Assembly (NCBI GenBank): GCA_019358915.1
Contig: JAHHIM010000063.1
Location: forward strand, 1 to 14,412
DNA length: 14,412 nucleotides
Reading direction: 5' to 3'
DNA from: Trichormus sp. ATA11-4-KO1
Lineage (GTDB): Bacteria > Cyanobacteriota > Cyanobacteriia > Cyanobacteriales > Nostocaceae
Shown piece after piece: positions 7,899-14,412 of this stretch. Positions within the stretch are counted from its first letter, which is position 1; every line of letters begins with the position of its first letter. Under the pieces are notes generated by a model, which saw only the letters and a list, made by a program, of their open reading frames with translations, had not been told where the DNA came from and did not search any database. The position numbers were made by a program, and so were the translations under genes.

Positions 7899-7938
7899 AA
7901 TCAGGAGTTGGCATAAGAATATGTTTCAACTCCTGATT
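7899..7938 (+). other. Intergenic stem-loop (12-bp stem); a second imperfect one lies at 7850-7876
   Basis: AATCAGGAGTTG...CAACTCCTGATT; TAAATCGATAC-tttct-GTATCAATTTA. Confidence 0.6.
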
Positions 7939-8037
7939 CCTTGAGGGTGGTTTACTTCATGAGAGAATTACTCTAACTTGCACTCTGCTAAAAGCCTTAC
8001 GGCTACAGAATTTCAAACAATTTCAGTAGAAATTTTT

Positions 8038-8319
8038 ATGGCAGAAGTGCTAGTTAACCCACAATTTCAAGTAGTCACTCATCTACAAACTGGGGCTAAA
8101 ACGGGAAGGATTTATTTTCCAGCATTATTTCTAGCTGAGTTTCACAGTAGTGTTATTAAATGGTTACAACGCCAAGAAATCCACTTTAGTGAACAAGACA
8201 TTAAAAAATATGGTGATGGTTCTTTTCGCCTCTATTTTAAAACATCAAAAGACCCAGAAATAGAATATTTTGAGCTAATGGCAATAGTAAAAAATCTAAA
8301 CAATAGCTATTGCTATTAG
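8038..8319 (+). CDS. Hypothetical protein (93 aa)
   Basis: ATG at 8038 (MAEVLVNPQF...) is preferred over the TTG at 7978. Composition is globular and no family was recognised. Confidence 0.7.
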   Translation: MAEVLVNPQFQVVTHLQTGAKTGRIYFPALFLAEFHSSVIKWLQRQEIHFSEQDIKKYGDGSFRLYFKTSKDPEIEYFELMAIVKNLNNSYCY

Positions 8320-8329
8320 TCTCGTTATT

Positions 8330-8404
8330 TTTCCTCATCTCACACAATATAGAGAAGAGTAGTGAATTTTATTTAAACAATTTCTACGAAGTGAGATGAG
8401 GAAA
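8330..8404. repeat. 14-bp perfect inverted repeat with 47-nt spacer
   Basis: TTTCCTCATCTCAC (8330-8343) / GTGAGATGAGGAAA (8391-8404). Confidence 0.7.
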
Positions 8405-8526
8405 TTTCTTGTTAGCAGATGTGGCGTTTAGTGCCTGTACAACTCATTGGTGAAATACCAGTGCCTTGCTTTTTTACGCTTACGCGCTGCTGAGGAATGA
8501 AGTTTAAATAGCCATTGATCGATAAA

Positions 8527-8748
8527 ATGTGCAATATCACCACAGACATCGACCGTGAAATTGACTTTTTGATGCAGGAACGCGATAGGTTAACACTATA
8601 TTGGTTTGAGTTAGGCGAGGCTGACCGTACCAGTAATTTACCACCATCGTATTCAGAAAATTACTGGTATCTGCTTGGCTGGCATGACAGAGATTACCAG
8701 ATAGAAATCGCCTTTCAACCAGAATCCTCAACTTTTGAGCATTTTTAG
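8527..8748 (+). CDS. Small acidic aromatic-rich hypothetical protein (73 aa)
   Basis: ATG at 8527; carries the motif WFELGEAD...LPPSY...WYLLGW. Confidence 0.65.
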   Translation: MCNITTDIDREIDFLMQERDRLTLYWFELGEADRTSNLPPSYSENYWYLLGWHDRDYQIEIAFQPESSTFEHF

Positions 8749-8755
8749 AATCAGT

Positions 8756-8784
8756 AACACCTCTAGCCTGTAGCTAGGGGTGTT
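8756..8784 (+). terminator. Stem-loop right after the 8748 stop codon
   Basis: AACACCTCTAGC-ctgta-GCTAGGGGTGTT. Its single non-Watson-Crick pair is U-G on the + strand transcript. Confidence 0.55.
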
Positions 8785-8865
8785 GAAAAATGTGCAATCC
8801 CTCACGGGGAAAGAACTATAAAAAGCCAGCACACACTTCACGCAATTTTACTGGAGACACGGAAA

Positions 8866-9393
8866 ATGCAAGATATTCAAGACTTTTTGAAAAATGCGAT
8901 TTTGGCGATCGCCACCGTATATGCAATCTTGATGATTGTTGATTTCTTTGCAGGTTTAGTAAAGCTATGGAATGCTTGCACTCAGCAACAGAACAACGAA
9001 GCATACTCGGTTAACGACAAGCAAGTAACAGACAAAACTACTTCACCAGCTTCTTTAGAACCTGTAAATAATCTAGAATCCCTATCAATTCCAATAGCAG
9101 ACAGCACCACACCAAGCACAACAGATAATATTGACACTGAATCTCTAACGCTTTTAATAGAAAAACTGCCCCAGCCTCGCATTCGTACCGCAGCCCGACG
9201 TTTAGGAATTGCAGACAAGGTGAATGGTCATTACCAGCGATTGGCAATTCTGCGAACACAGATGAAAGCCAAGTTAACATCCCAGCCAACGGAAGTGGCA
9301 CGGGTACTGAGTGAAATGACGCTACAAACTTCGACAACACGATTTGCAAATAAAAATCAAAAATTATCTTCTGGCTTGAGCAAAGTAGTTTAA
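8866..9393 (+). CDS. Membrane-anchored hypothetical protein with basic C-terminal helical (Rho-N/SAP-like) domain
   Basis: GGAG RBS; N-terminal hydrophobic helix (AILAIATVYAILMIVDFFAGLV); S/T-rich linker; RIRTAARRLGIADKVNG...LRTQMKAKL. Confidence 0.7.
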   Translation: MQDIQDFLKNAILAIATVYAILMIVDFFAGLVKLWNACTQQQNNEAYSVNDKQVTDKTTSPASLEPVNNLESLSIPIADSTTPSTTDNIDTESLTLLIEKLPQPRIRTAARRLGIADKVNGHYQRLAILRTQMKAKLTSQPTEVARVLSEMTLQTSTTRFANKNQKLSSGLSKVV

Positions 9394-9456
9394 AACTGTG
9401 CGTTCAAAAATCGCCGAAAGCGAGCGTAGTAAGGTTGAGTAGTTATTTGTGGAACA

Positions 9457-9497
9457 GTCGGGATGACAGAAGAATCTTCAGTATTGTCTATCCCGAC
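9457..9497. terminator. Stem-loop between convergent genes
   Basis: GTCGGGAT-GACA...TGTC-t-ATCCCGAC. Confidence 0.5.
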
Positions 9498-9535
9498 AAT
9501 AATTGATCGCCCTGTTGTTAGCAACCTTCAAGTGT

Positions 9536-9916
9536 CTACGATTTTCGCTTGAACCTAAATGTCATAGCTCCTTTACCTCCAGCTTTACCACCAATCCCAA
9601 ATAGGCTGATTTGTCCTTCTCCATTTATTTCCACTGATACCTCGACTTCATCAAGCTGTATCTTAGAATCAGGTTGGTCAGCTTCATCAAGCATTTCCCG
9701 CATTGCTTGTAAAAACCCTTGCATTTCCTGCTTTAGCTTGCCTACCTCAATGGCTTTTCGTCTGGTAATCACTACTTCTGTAGTTTCAGTGATTTCCGCG
9801 CCAAGTCGTCCTCCAATATCACTGCTGCTTCTTGCGCCTGTAGTAGTTGTAGTTGCAGCTTCAGTTTCTTCGGTAATAATCCAAATTGTTTCTGGAGTAG
9901 AAATTCCTGCTGACAT
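9536..9916 (-). CDS. Pepco-like (peptidase-companion, Trypco-related) domain protein
   Basis: LKQEMQGFL...IQLDEVEVSVEINGEGQISLFGIGGKAGGKGAMTFRFKR is the typical pattern of these peptidase-associated beta-hairpin domains. The gene lies next to a caspase gene. Confidence 0.75.
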   Translation of the reverse strand: MSAGISTPETIWIITEETEAATTTTTGARSSSDIGGRLGAEITETTEVVITRRKAIEVGKLKQEMQGFLQAMREMLDEADQPDSKIQLDEVEVSVEINGEGQISLFGIGGKAGGKGAMTFRFKRKS

Positions 9917-10178
9917 AAGATGATTTTTGAAATTGTTTTCGATTTAATTGGTTTGTATTTGTTGAGCTTTTTTAGTCGGTGTGGTCAAATTATGACGACA
10001 ATTTGAGGTTTGGCCATAGTAGAGAAACATTTTAATTTTAGTATTATTAACTGGATAATGTAGCATTACTATATACCAGTATTAGCACGTAATCCTGAAA
10101 AAAAGAAAACCCAACAAGTTTGCAGATGATGGCAAAGTCAAAAACAAAAAGTTACGATCTGTAAGTGACAGCGAAGAA

Positions 10179-12176
10179 ATGGCTAAGAATTGGGCGATCG
10201 CGATCGGCATTAATAACTACAACAATCTTCAGGCACTAAACTTTGCTAAACAAGATGCTGAGGTAATGGGAGCTTGGTTCACAGATGAAGCTAAGTTTCA
10301 TAAAGTTTTTTTATTTACTGAAGACTCTCCTTCCATCCCAGCCAATCCACCAATACCAACTCAACCTACATACGGTAATGTACGACGTTTTTTACGAGTA
10401 AACTTTGAAAAACCACTGTTGGAACCTGGAGATAATCTCTGGTTTTTCTTTGCTGGTCATGGTTGTCGTGAAGGAGACCGAGACCATCTCATGCTTTTGG
10501 ATAGTGATCCAGGAGATGTAGAACATACAGCAATTCCTGTAGATTTTGTTACCCAAAGACTGCGCCGCAGTGGAGCTGATAACGTAGTACTATTTTTAGA
10601 TGCCTGCCGAAATGAGGATAGTAGAAGTGGTTTAGGAATTGGAAGGGAACATCCAGGGGTTGTTACCTTTTACTCTTGCAGTCCGAAAGAGAAAGCCTAC
10701 GAAATCGAACACTTACAGCAAGGATCATTCACTCATGTATTGCTACAGGCATTGCGAATTCAAGGAGAAGGTAACTGTGCCACCGTTGAGCGACTTTACC
10801 AACACTTGCGTTATCAGGTTCCAGAATTAAATATTCGCTACAAAAAGCCTAGACAAACTCCGTATACTGTTGCTGAACCTGCGACGAAGTTGCATTTAAT
10901 TCTGCTGCCTCAGCAAGCAACTCTAACAGATATAACTACCCTAAAAAACAATGCCTTAGAAGCTGAGGCAGAGAAAAACTTAGAGTTAGCTGAACAACTT
11001 TGGATTAGAGTTTTAGCAGTTTCACCAGCAGATCGTCAGGCTATTAAAGCGATTAAACGTCTAGCATTAGGATTAGCTTCTAATTCGGAACCTTCAGTTA
11101 CAAGTCAATCAACAGTAGATACTGTATCCGATTCCAGCAGGGATGCAGGAGATTATAAACGCATATCAGAGCAGAAATTAATTGAATTTAAAAGTAGTGA
11201 GAATAAACATAAACAGGAGCGCCTTAAATTTGAACTAGAAAGTCAGATTCTGGAAGCAGAATATCAAGGATTTTTGAGTGCGTTTCAACAACAAGATAAT
11301 GTTTCTCCCGCCGAAAAAACAGCACCATTATCCACAAATCCAGTCTTAGACTTTGAAGTAGTAACAGTTGATGTTCGAGGCAATGAGAGTAGCAGATATA
11401 AAGGACAAGCCCAATATTTCATTGAAGACCTTGGCAATGGGGTGATGTTAGAAATGGTATACATTCCTGGGGGAAAGTTTTTGATGGGTGCGCCGGAAAG
11501 TGAGGAAAGGCGACTTCCAAATGAAGCACCACAACACTTAGTGAATATCAAACCATTTCTTATAAGCAAATACCCAGTAACTCAGGCACAGTGGAAAGTT
11601 ATTGCCTCTTTTCCTAAAGTGCATCAAATTCTTGAAACAGACCCTTCACATTTTAAAGGTGAAAATCTTCCTGTTGAACAAGTTTCTTGGCATGATGCAG
11701 TTGAGTATTGTAGTCGCCTTGCCAATAAAACGGGACGTGAATATCGGCTACCAACAGAAGCTGAATGGGAATATGCCTGTCGTGCTGGAACCACAACCCC
11801 ATTTCACTTTGGAGAAACCATAACTCCCCAGTTGGCAAATTATGACTGCAACTTTAGCTATCGATCTCGCCTCAAAGGAAGCTCTAGAAATCAAACAACT
11901 CCAGTTGGTTATTTTTCCTTTGCTAATCCGTTCGGACTGTTTGATATGCACGGAAATGTCTGCGAGTGGTGCTTAGACGATTGGCATGAAAGTTACAATG
12001 ATGCACCCACAAATGGTAGTGCTTGGTTAATGGAAAGCAAGAATGATTTGCGGGTATTACGGGGTGGTTCTTGGTTTCATGATCCGAGAGACTGTCGGTC
12101 AGCTTTTCGTCACAAACGAGATTCCAACGACAAACTCAACCGCAATGGTTTTCGTATTGTCTGTGCGCTTACGTAA
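10179..12176 (+). CDS. Caspase-family (Peptidase C14, orthocaspase-type) protein fused to FGE-sulfatase/CLec-fold domain
   Basis: NWAIAIGINNY; FFFAGHG (His at 10458-10460); FLDACR (Cys at 10605-10607); a TPR-like helix pair and linker; then IPGGKFLMG, YPVTQAQW, LPVEQVSW, RLPTEAEWEYACRAG, NPFGLFDMHGNVCEW, RGGSW and GFRIV. Confidence 0.93.
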   Translation: MAKNWAIAIGINNYNNLQALNFAKQDAEVMGAWFTDEAKFHKVFLFTEDSPSIPANPPIPTQPTYGNVRRFLRVNFEKPLLEPGDNLWFFFAGHGCREGDRDHLMLLDSDPGDVEHTAIPVDFVTQRLRRSGADNVVLFLDACRNEDSRSGLGIGREHPGVVTFYSCSPKEKAYEIEHLQQGSFTHVLLQALRIQGEGNCATVERLYQHLRYQVPELNIRYKKPRQTPYTVAEPATKLHLILLPQQATLTDITTLKNNALEAEAEKNLELAEQLWIRVLAVSPADRQAIKAIKRLALGLASNSEPSVTSQSTVDTVSDSSRDAGDYKRISEQKLIEFKSSENKHKQERLKFELESQILEAEYQGFLSAFQQQDNVSPAEKTAPLSTNPVLDFEVVTVDVRGNESSRYKGQAQYFIEDLGNGVMLEMVYIPGGKFLMGAPESEERRLPNEAPQHLVNIKPFLISKYPVTQAQWKVIASFPKVHQILETDPSHFKGENLPVEQVSWHDAVEYCSRLANKTGREYRLPTEAEWEYACRAGTTTPFHFGETITPQLANYDCNFSYRSRLKGSSRNQTTPVGYFSFANPFGLFDMHGNVCEWCLDDWHESYNDAPTNGSAWLMESKNDLRVLRGGSWFHDPRDCRSAFRHKRDSNDKLNRNGFRIVCALT

Positions 12177-12198
12177 ACTATACATTTATTTGTCTATC

Positions 12199-13590
12199 TT
12201 ACTCGTCTTCTTCGTCAAAATCGTCCTCGTCCCATGAGGGTGTATAAGTTGATTCTAGAGGTTGAGCTTCACCACTTTCTATAGCTAAAGTTTTACGATA
12301 CTGTTCTGCTTCAGCAATCTTTGTAAATTTAATCTCAGCCTTGTTTACATTTCTTGTGTCTTCAGCAATATTAGCTAATGCCGATGCGATTTCATCTAAA
12401 GAAACTTTAAAAAATTCTTTACGCTCATTTACTTTATTGACACTCTTATCTATAAAATATTGGTGTAGTAAATTTTCTGTTTCTGGTGCATTTTCAGAAA
12501 AAATAATTGCATGAACATCAAAGGGAAAAGGAACTGCTGCCCCACTTAGTTCTCTGACACGCTCATAGGGATCAAGCCGCCGTGTCATGCCAATTTTATA
12601 GATATTCTCGCCAAAAGAACCAATGTTTGAAATGACATATATATGTCCCGATTTTGTCATTTGAGCGCGAGATATTGCTCTTTGTTCATTAGCACGAGCT
12701 TCTTCAAGCTGTTGCATTAAATGTTGTATCTTCAGTTCTAATTTCTGTTTTTGCTTACCTACAACTTGTTCAACTTCTTTGCGAGCTTGTTCTAATGCCT
12801 GTTCACGGCGTTTGACTTCTTTTTCAGCATCTTCCTTTGCTTTTTCTATTTCTCGTAAAGCTCGTTGTTCTTCACGCATTTGCTCTTGTATTCTTCTTTG
12901 TTCTTCTCTTTCTTCCTGTTTCTTTTCTTGAAATTCATGTGTAAGATATAGTTCTTGTAGCTTTAAATTAAGATATTCACGAGTAATTTCACAGCGATTT
13001 ACTTCTGACAATTTATTTAAAACTTCAAAAGTCTTATTAATTCTTTTTTCTAAAGATTGAACATTATCATATTTGACCTTAGTCACAGCAACGTCACACT
13101 CACCATTAAAAGCTCTTAGTAAGAGTTTGAGAAAGTCATTTGTCATTTTTTCGCCTTTTTTCTTGCTGCCTTCTACTTCCCACGGCACATGGCATATAGC
13201 AGCTGTATGACTTTTGATCATGACCTTTTGTCTTTCTCTAATATGGTTAAGCCTAAGCTTATATTCCTCAGAGTTGTCAAAGTTATATTTCGCTTTATAG
13301 AATCCGAATGATCGAATATACTCAGATTCTTCTACCTCACGTAATTTCTGTTGGAGTTTTCTAATTTGAAACCTGAGTTCTTCTTCTGTTTTTGCTAACT
13401 TATCAATTTCACTTTGTTTTGATTTGATACTTAAGTTTAATTGCTTTTCAAAATCTTCTTTATTAATAAGCCCGTCATATTTATGCAATCGCTTTTTTAA
13501 TTTAGATTCTTCAATCTTTCCCTGTATAAATACAACCAGTAATGTTACTATTACTATTAAAAAGACTATAGTTAATATAAAATTAGACAT
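12199..13590 (-). CDS. TM-DUF4041-GIY-YIG (T5orf172/MUG113) nuclease; SNIPE/PD-lambda-1-like anti-phage protein
   Basis: N-terminal TM helix and coiled coil; DUF4041 (FGFY...RQKVMIK...LLLRAFNGECD...YLNLKLQELYL..E...KKQEEREEQRRIQEQMREE); GHIYVISNIGSFGENIYKIGMTRRLDP.ERVREL...VPFPFDVHA...RKEFF. Confidence 0.88.
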   Translation of the reverse strand: MSNFILTIVFLIVIVTLLVVFIQGKIEESKLKKRLHKYDGLINKEDFEKQLNLSIKSKQSEIDKLAKTEEELRFQIRKLQQKLREVEESEYIRSFGFYKAKYNFDNSEEYKLRLNHIRERQKVMIKSHTAAICHVPWEVEGSKKKGEKMTNDFLKLLLRAFNGECDVAVTKVKYDNVQSLEKRINKTFEVLNKLSEVNRCEITREYLNLKLQELYLTHEFQEKKQEEREEQRRIQEQMREEQRALREIEKAKEDAEKEVKRREQALEQARKEVEQVVGKQKQKLELKIQHLMQQLEEARANEQRAISRAQMTKSGHIYVISNIGSFGENIYKIGMTRRLDPYERVRELSGAAVPFPFDVHAIIFSENAPETENLLHQYFIDKSVNKVNERKEFFKVSLDEIASALANIAEDTRNVNKAEIKFTKIAEAEQYRKTLAIESGEAQPLESTYTPSWDEDDFDEEDE

Positions 13591-13705
13591 TGATAACTCT
13601 AGAGTGGTTACTAAGTGTTATTTGTTAGTTTAAAAAGTATTACTATTAACATTATAATCACGTAAGTTGCCAACAGAAAAGAAAAAATCAGCCAAACTGA
13701 TACAG

Positions 13706-14286
13706 TTATATAAGTCCATACTCTTGTTCTACATCAGCCAGCAATTTTTCCTGCAACGGCGACAGGTACGGCTTGAGTTGTTTCCCTAACCCTAAACAAA
13801 GCCAATCTACTGCATTATCTCGATTTTCAATTTCTTGCAGCCGCCGCAGTCTCAGGCATAGTTGTTGCATAAATTGGCAGTCATTGTCCGACAGTTCTAG
13901 GGACTTGAGATGTTCTATTTTCACGGCATACTCAGCATCCCAAGTCTCAAGAGTGCAACTATAGTCCCCAAGGTGAGTGATGACACCCCAACAACCACTT
14001 TTGCCTTTAAGTTCTGGGTTATCTTTGGGCAGTAGAGTACATATTTCCCCAAGGCGGTAAGGATTAGGCACTTTGGTTCTGTCTCGAATTTTGTCCACAA
14101 TATCCTGAACAATCCGACCGGAGGGAATTTTACCACCAGCTTGCTCTATTGCCTGTTGCCAAGCAAGACGTTGTTGTTCTGGTTCTAAGGGAACTAATGG
14201 TCTAACTTGGCGTTCGCTCGTTGGTAAGATTTGGGAACCAATGGTTCCCATTTCATCTAGGTTTTCAATTTGGGAACCATTGGTTC
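13706..14286 (-). pseudogene. 5'-truncated conserved cyanobacterial mobile-element protein (ILPTSERQVRPL family) with C-terminal KOW/SH3-like domain
   Basis: The frame continues upstream of the ATG at 14251 as RTNGSQIENLDE-MGTIGSQILPTSERQVRPL, then loses similarity at 14287. The N-terminal helical domain I recall for this family (G.AL..IRD.RLYR...TFE.YC) is absent. Confidence 0.65.
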
Positions 14287-14412
14287 TGTGACTTGAAGAA
14301 GATTTTGGACAGGTTGTCCAACTTTACCTTCCAAAACTAGATGTCCAACTTTACCTTCCAAAAACATGAAAAAGATAACATCTAGAAAAATTAAAGAAAA
14401 AGTTGACGAGGA
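14287..14412 (+). mobile_element. Probable end of a Tn7/Mu-like transposon extending beyond the window
   Basis: Starts with TGT exactly at the gene breakpoint. A degenerate inverted site at 14293-14311 (13/19 match) is followed by two perfect 22-bp direct repeats TGTCCAACTTTACCTTCCAAAA (14315-14336, 14342-14363). Confidence 0.65.

Larger units (their letters stand above)
1528..10201. repeat. HIP1 octamers (GCGATCGC), six perfect copies
   Basis: Found at 1528, 2286, 5845, 6887, 8905 and 10194. None were noticed from 10202 to 14412. Confidence 0.9.

Noticed and set aside
9549..9923. 124-aa + strand ORF
   Set aside because: It is the antisense shadow of the Pepco-like gene, whose motif is recognisable, and its S/I/P-rich composition is typical of shadows.
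10060..10077. NtcA box upstream of the caspase gene
   Set aside because: The GTA...TAC spacing does not fit GTA-N8-TAC.
11440..12176. FGE domain as an active formylglycine-generating enzyme
   Set aside because: It lacks the GGS(Y/F)LC...YC cysteine pair of true FGE and is fused to a caspase. A ligand-binding CLec fold is more likely.
3372..13964. Other short nested or antisense ORFs in the track (e.g. 5386..5856, 8982..9218, 9038..9349, 11285..11569, 13424..13633, 13773..13964)
   Set aside because: They lie within or largely overlap longer genes with clear family motifs and have no independent signals.
14315..14363. 22-bp direct repeats as a CRISPR array
   Set aside because: There are only two copies separated by 5 bp, with no spacer-sized unique sequence. 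A transposase-binding-site array fits better.
1..14412. tRNA/rRNA genes, reverse transcriptase, cas genes or DGR template repeat in the window
   Set aside because: I saw no full cloverleaf, YADD-type RT motif, Cas motif or AAC-rich non-coding copy of the CLec tail.

Overview
AT-rich accessory DNA from a filamentous, probably Nostocales, cyanobacterium (six perfect HIP1 GCGATCGC sites, STRR heptamers), probably a plasmid or genomic island. From left to right: (1) 1-1875 is a deletion mosaic made of a TnsA-nuclease/TnsB-like DDE transposase fusion that lost its catalytic core, its out-of-frame C-terminal tail, an internal DUF6876-like fragment and a small gene. (2) 1985-9393 is a co-oriented cluster punctuated by hairpins. 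It encodes an SSB-tail protein, a DUF3150-like helical protein, DUF1257 (Ycf35-like), DUF2997, a Ycf46-like AAA+ ATPase, a WGR + PARP-regulatory-like protein with no catalytic domain, and small hypotheticals. Several of these proteins share a C-terminal L-[DN]-[DN]-R-S-x-[WY]-V-x-[FW] motif, which makes this cluster the best candidate for an undescribed system. (3) 9536-13590 is a conflict/defence-like cassette: a Pepco-like protein, a caspase-FGE(CLec) fusion that may be a DGR target, and a TM-DUF4041-GIY-YIG SNIPE/PD-lambda-1-like nuclease. (4) 13706-14412 holds a conserved cyanobacterial gene 5'-truncated by a probable Tn7/Mu-like transposon end (TGT plus 22-bp repeats). All family assignments come from motif recognition by eye; no searches were run.
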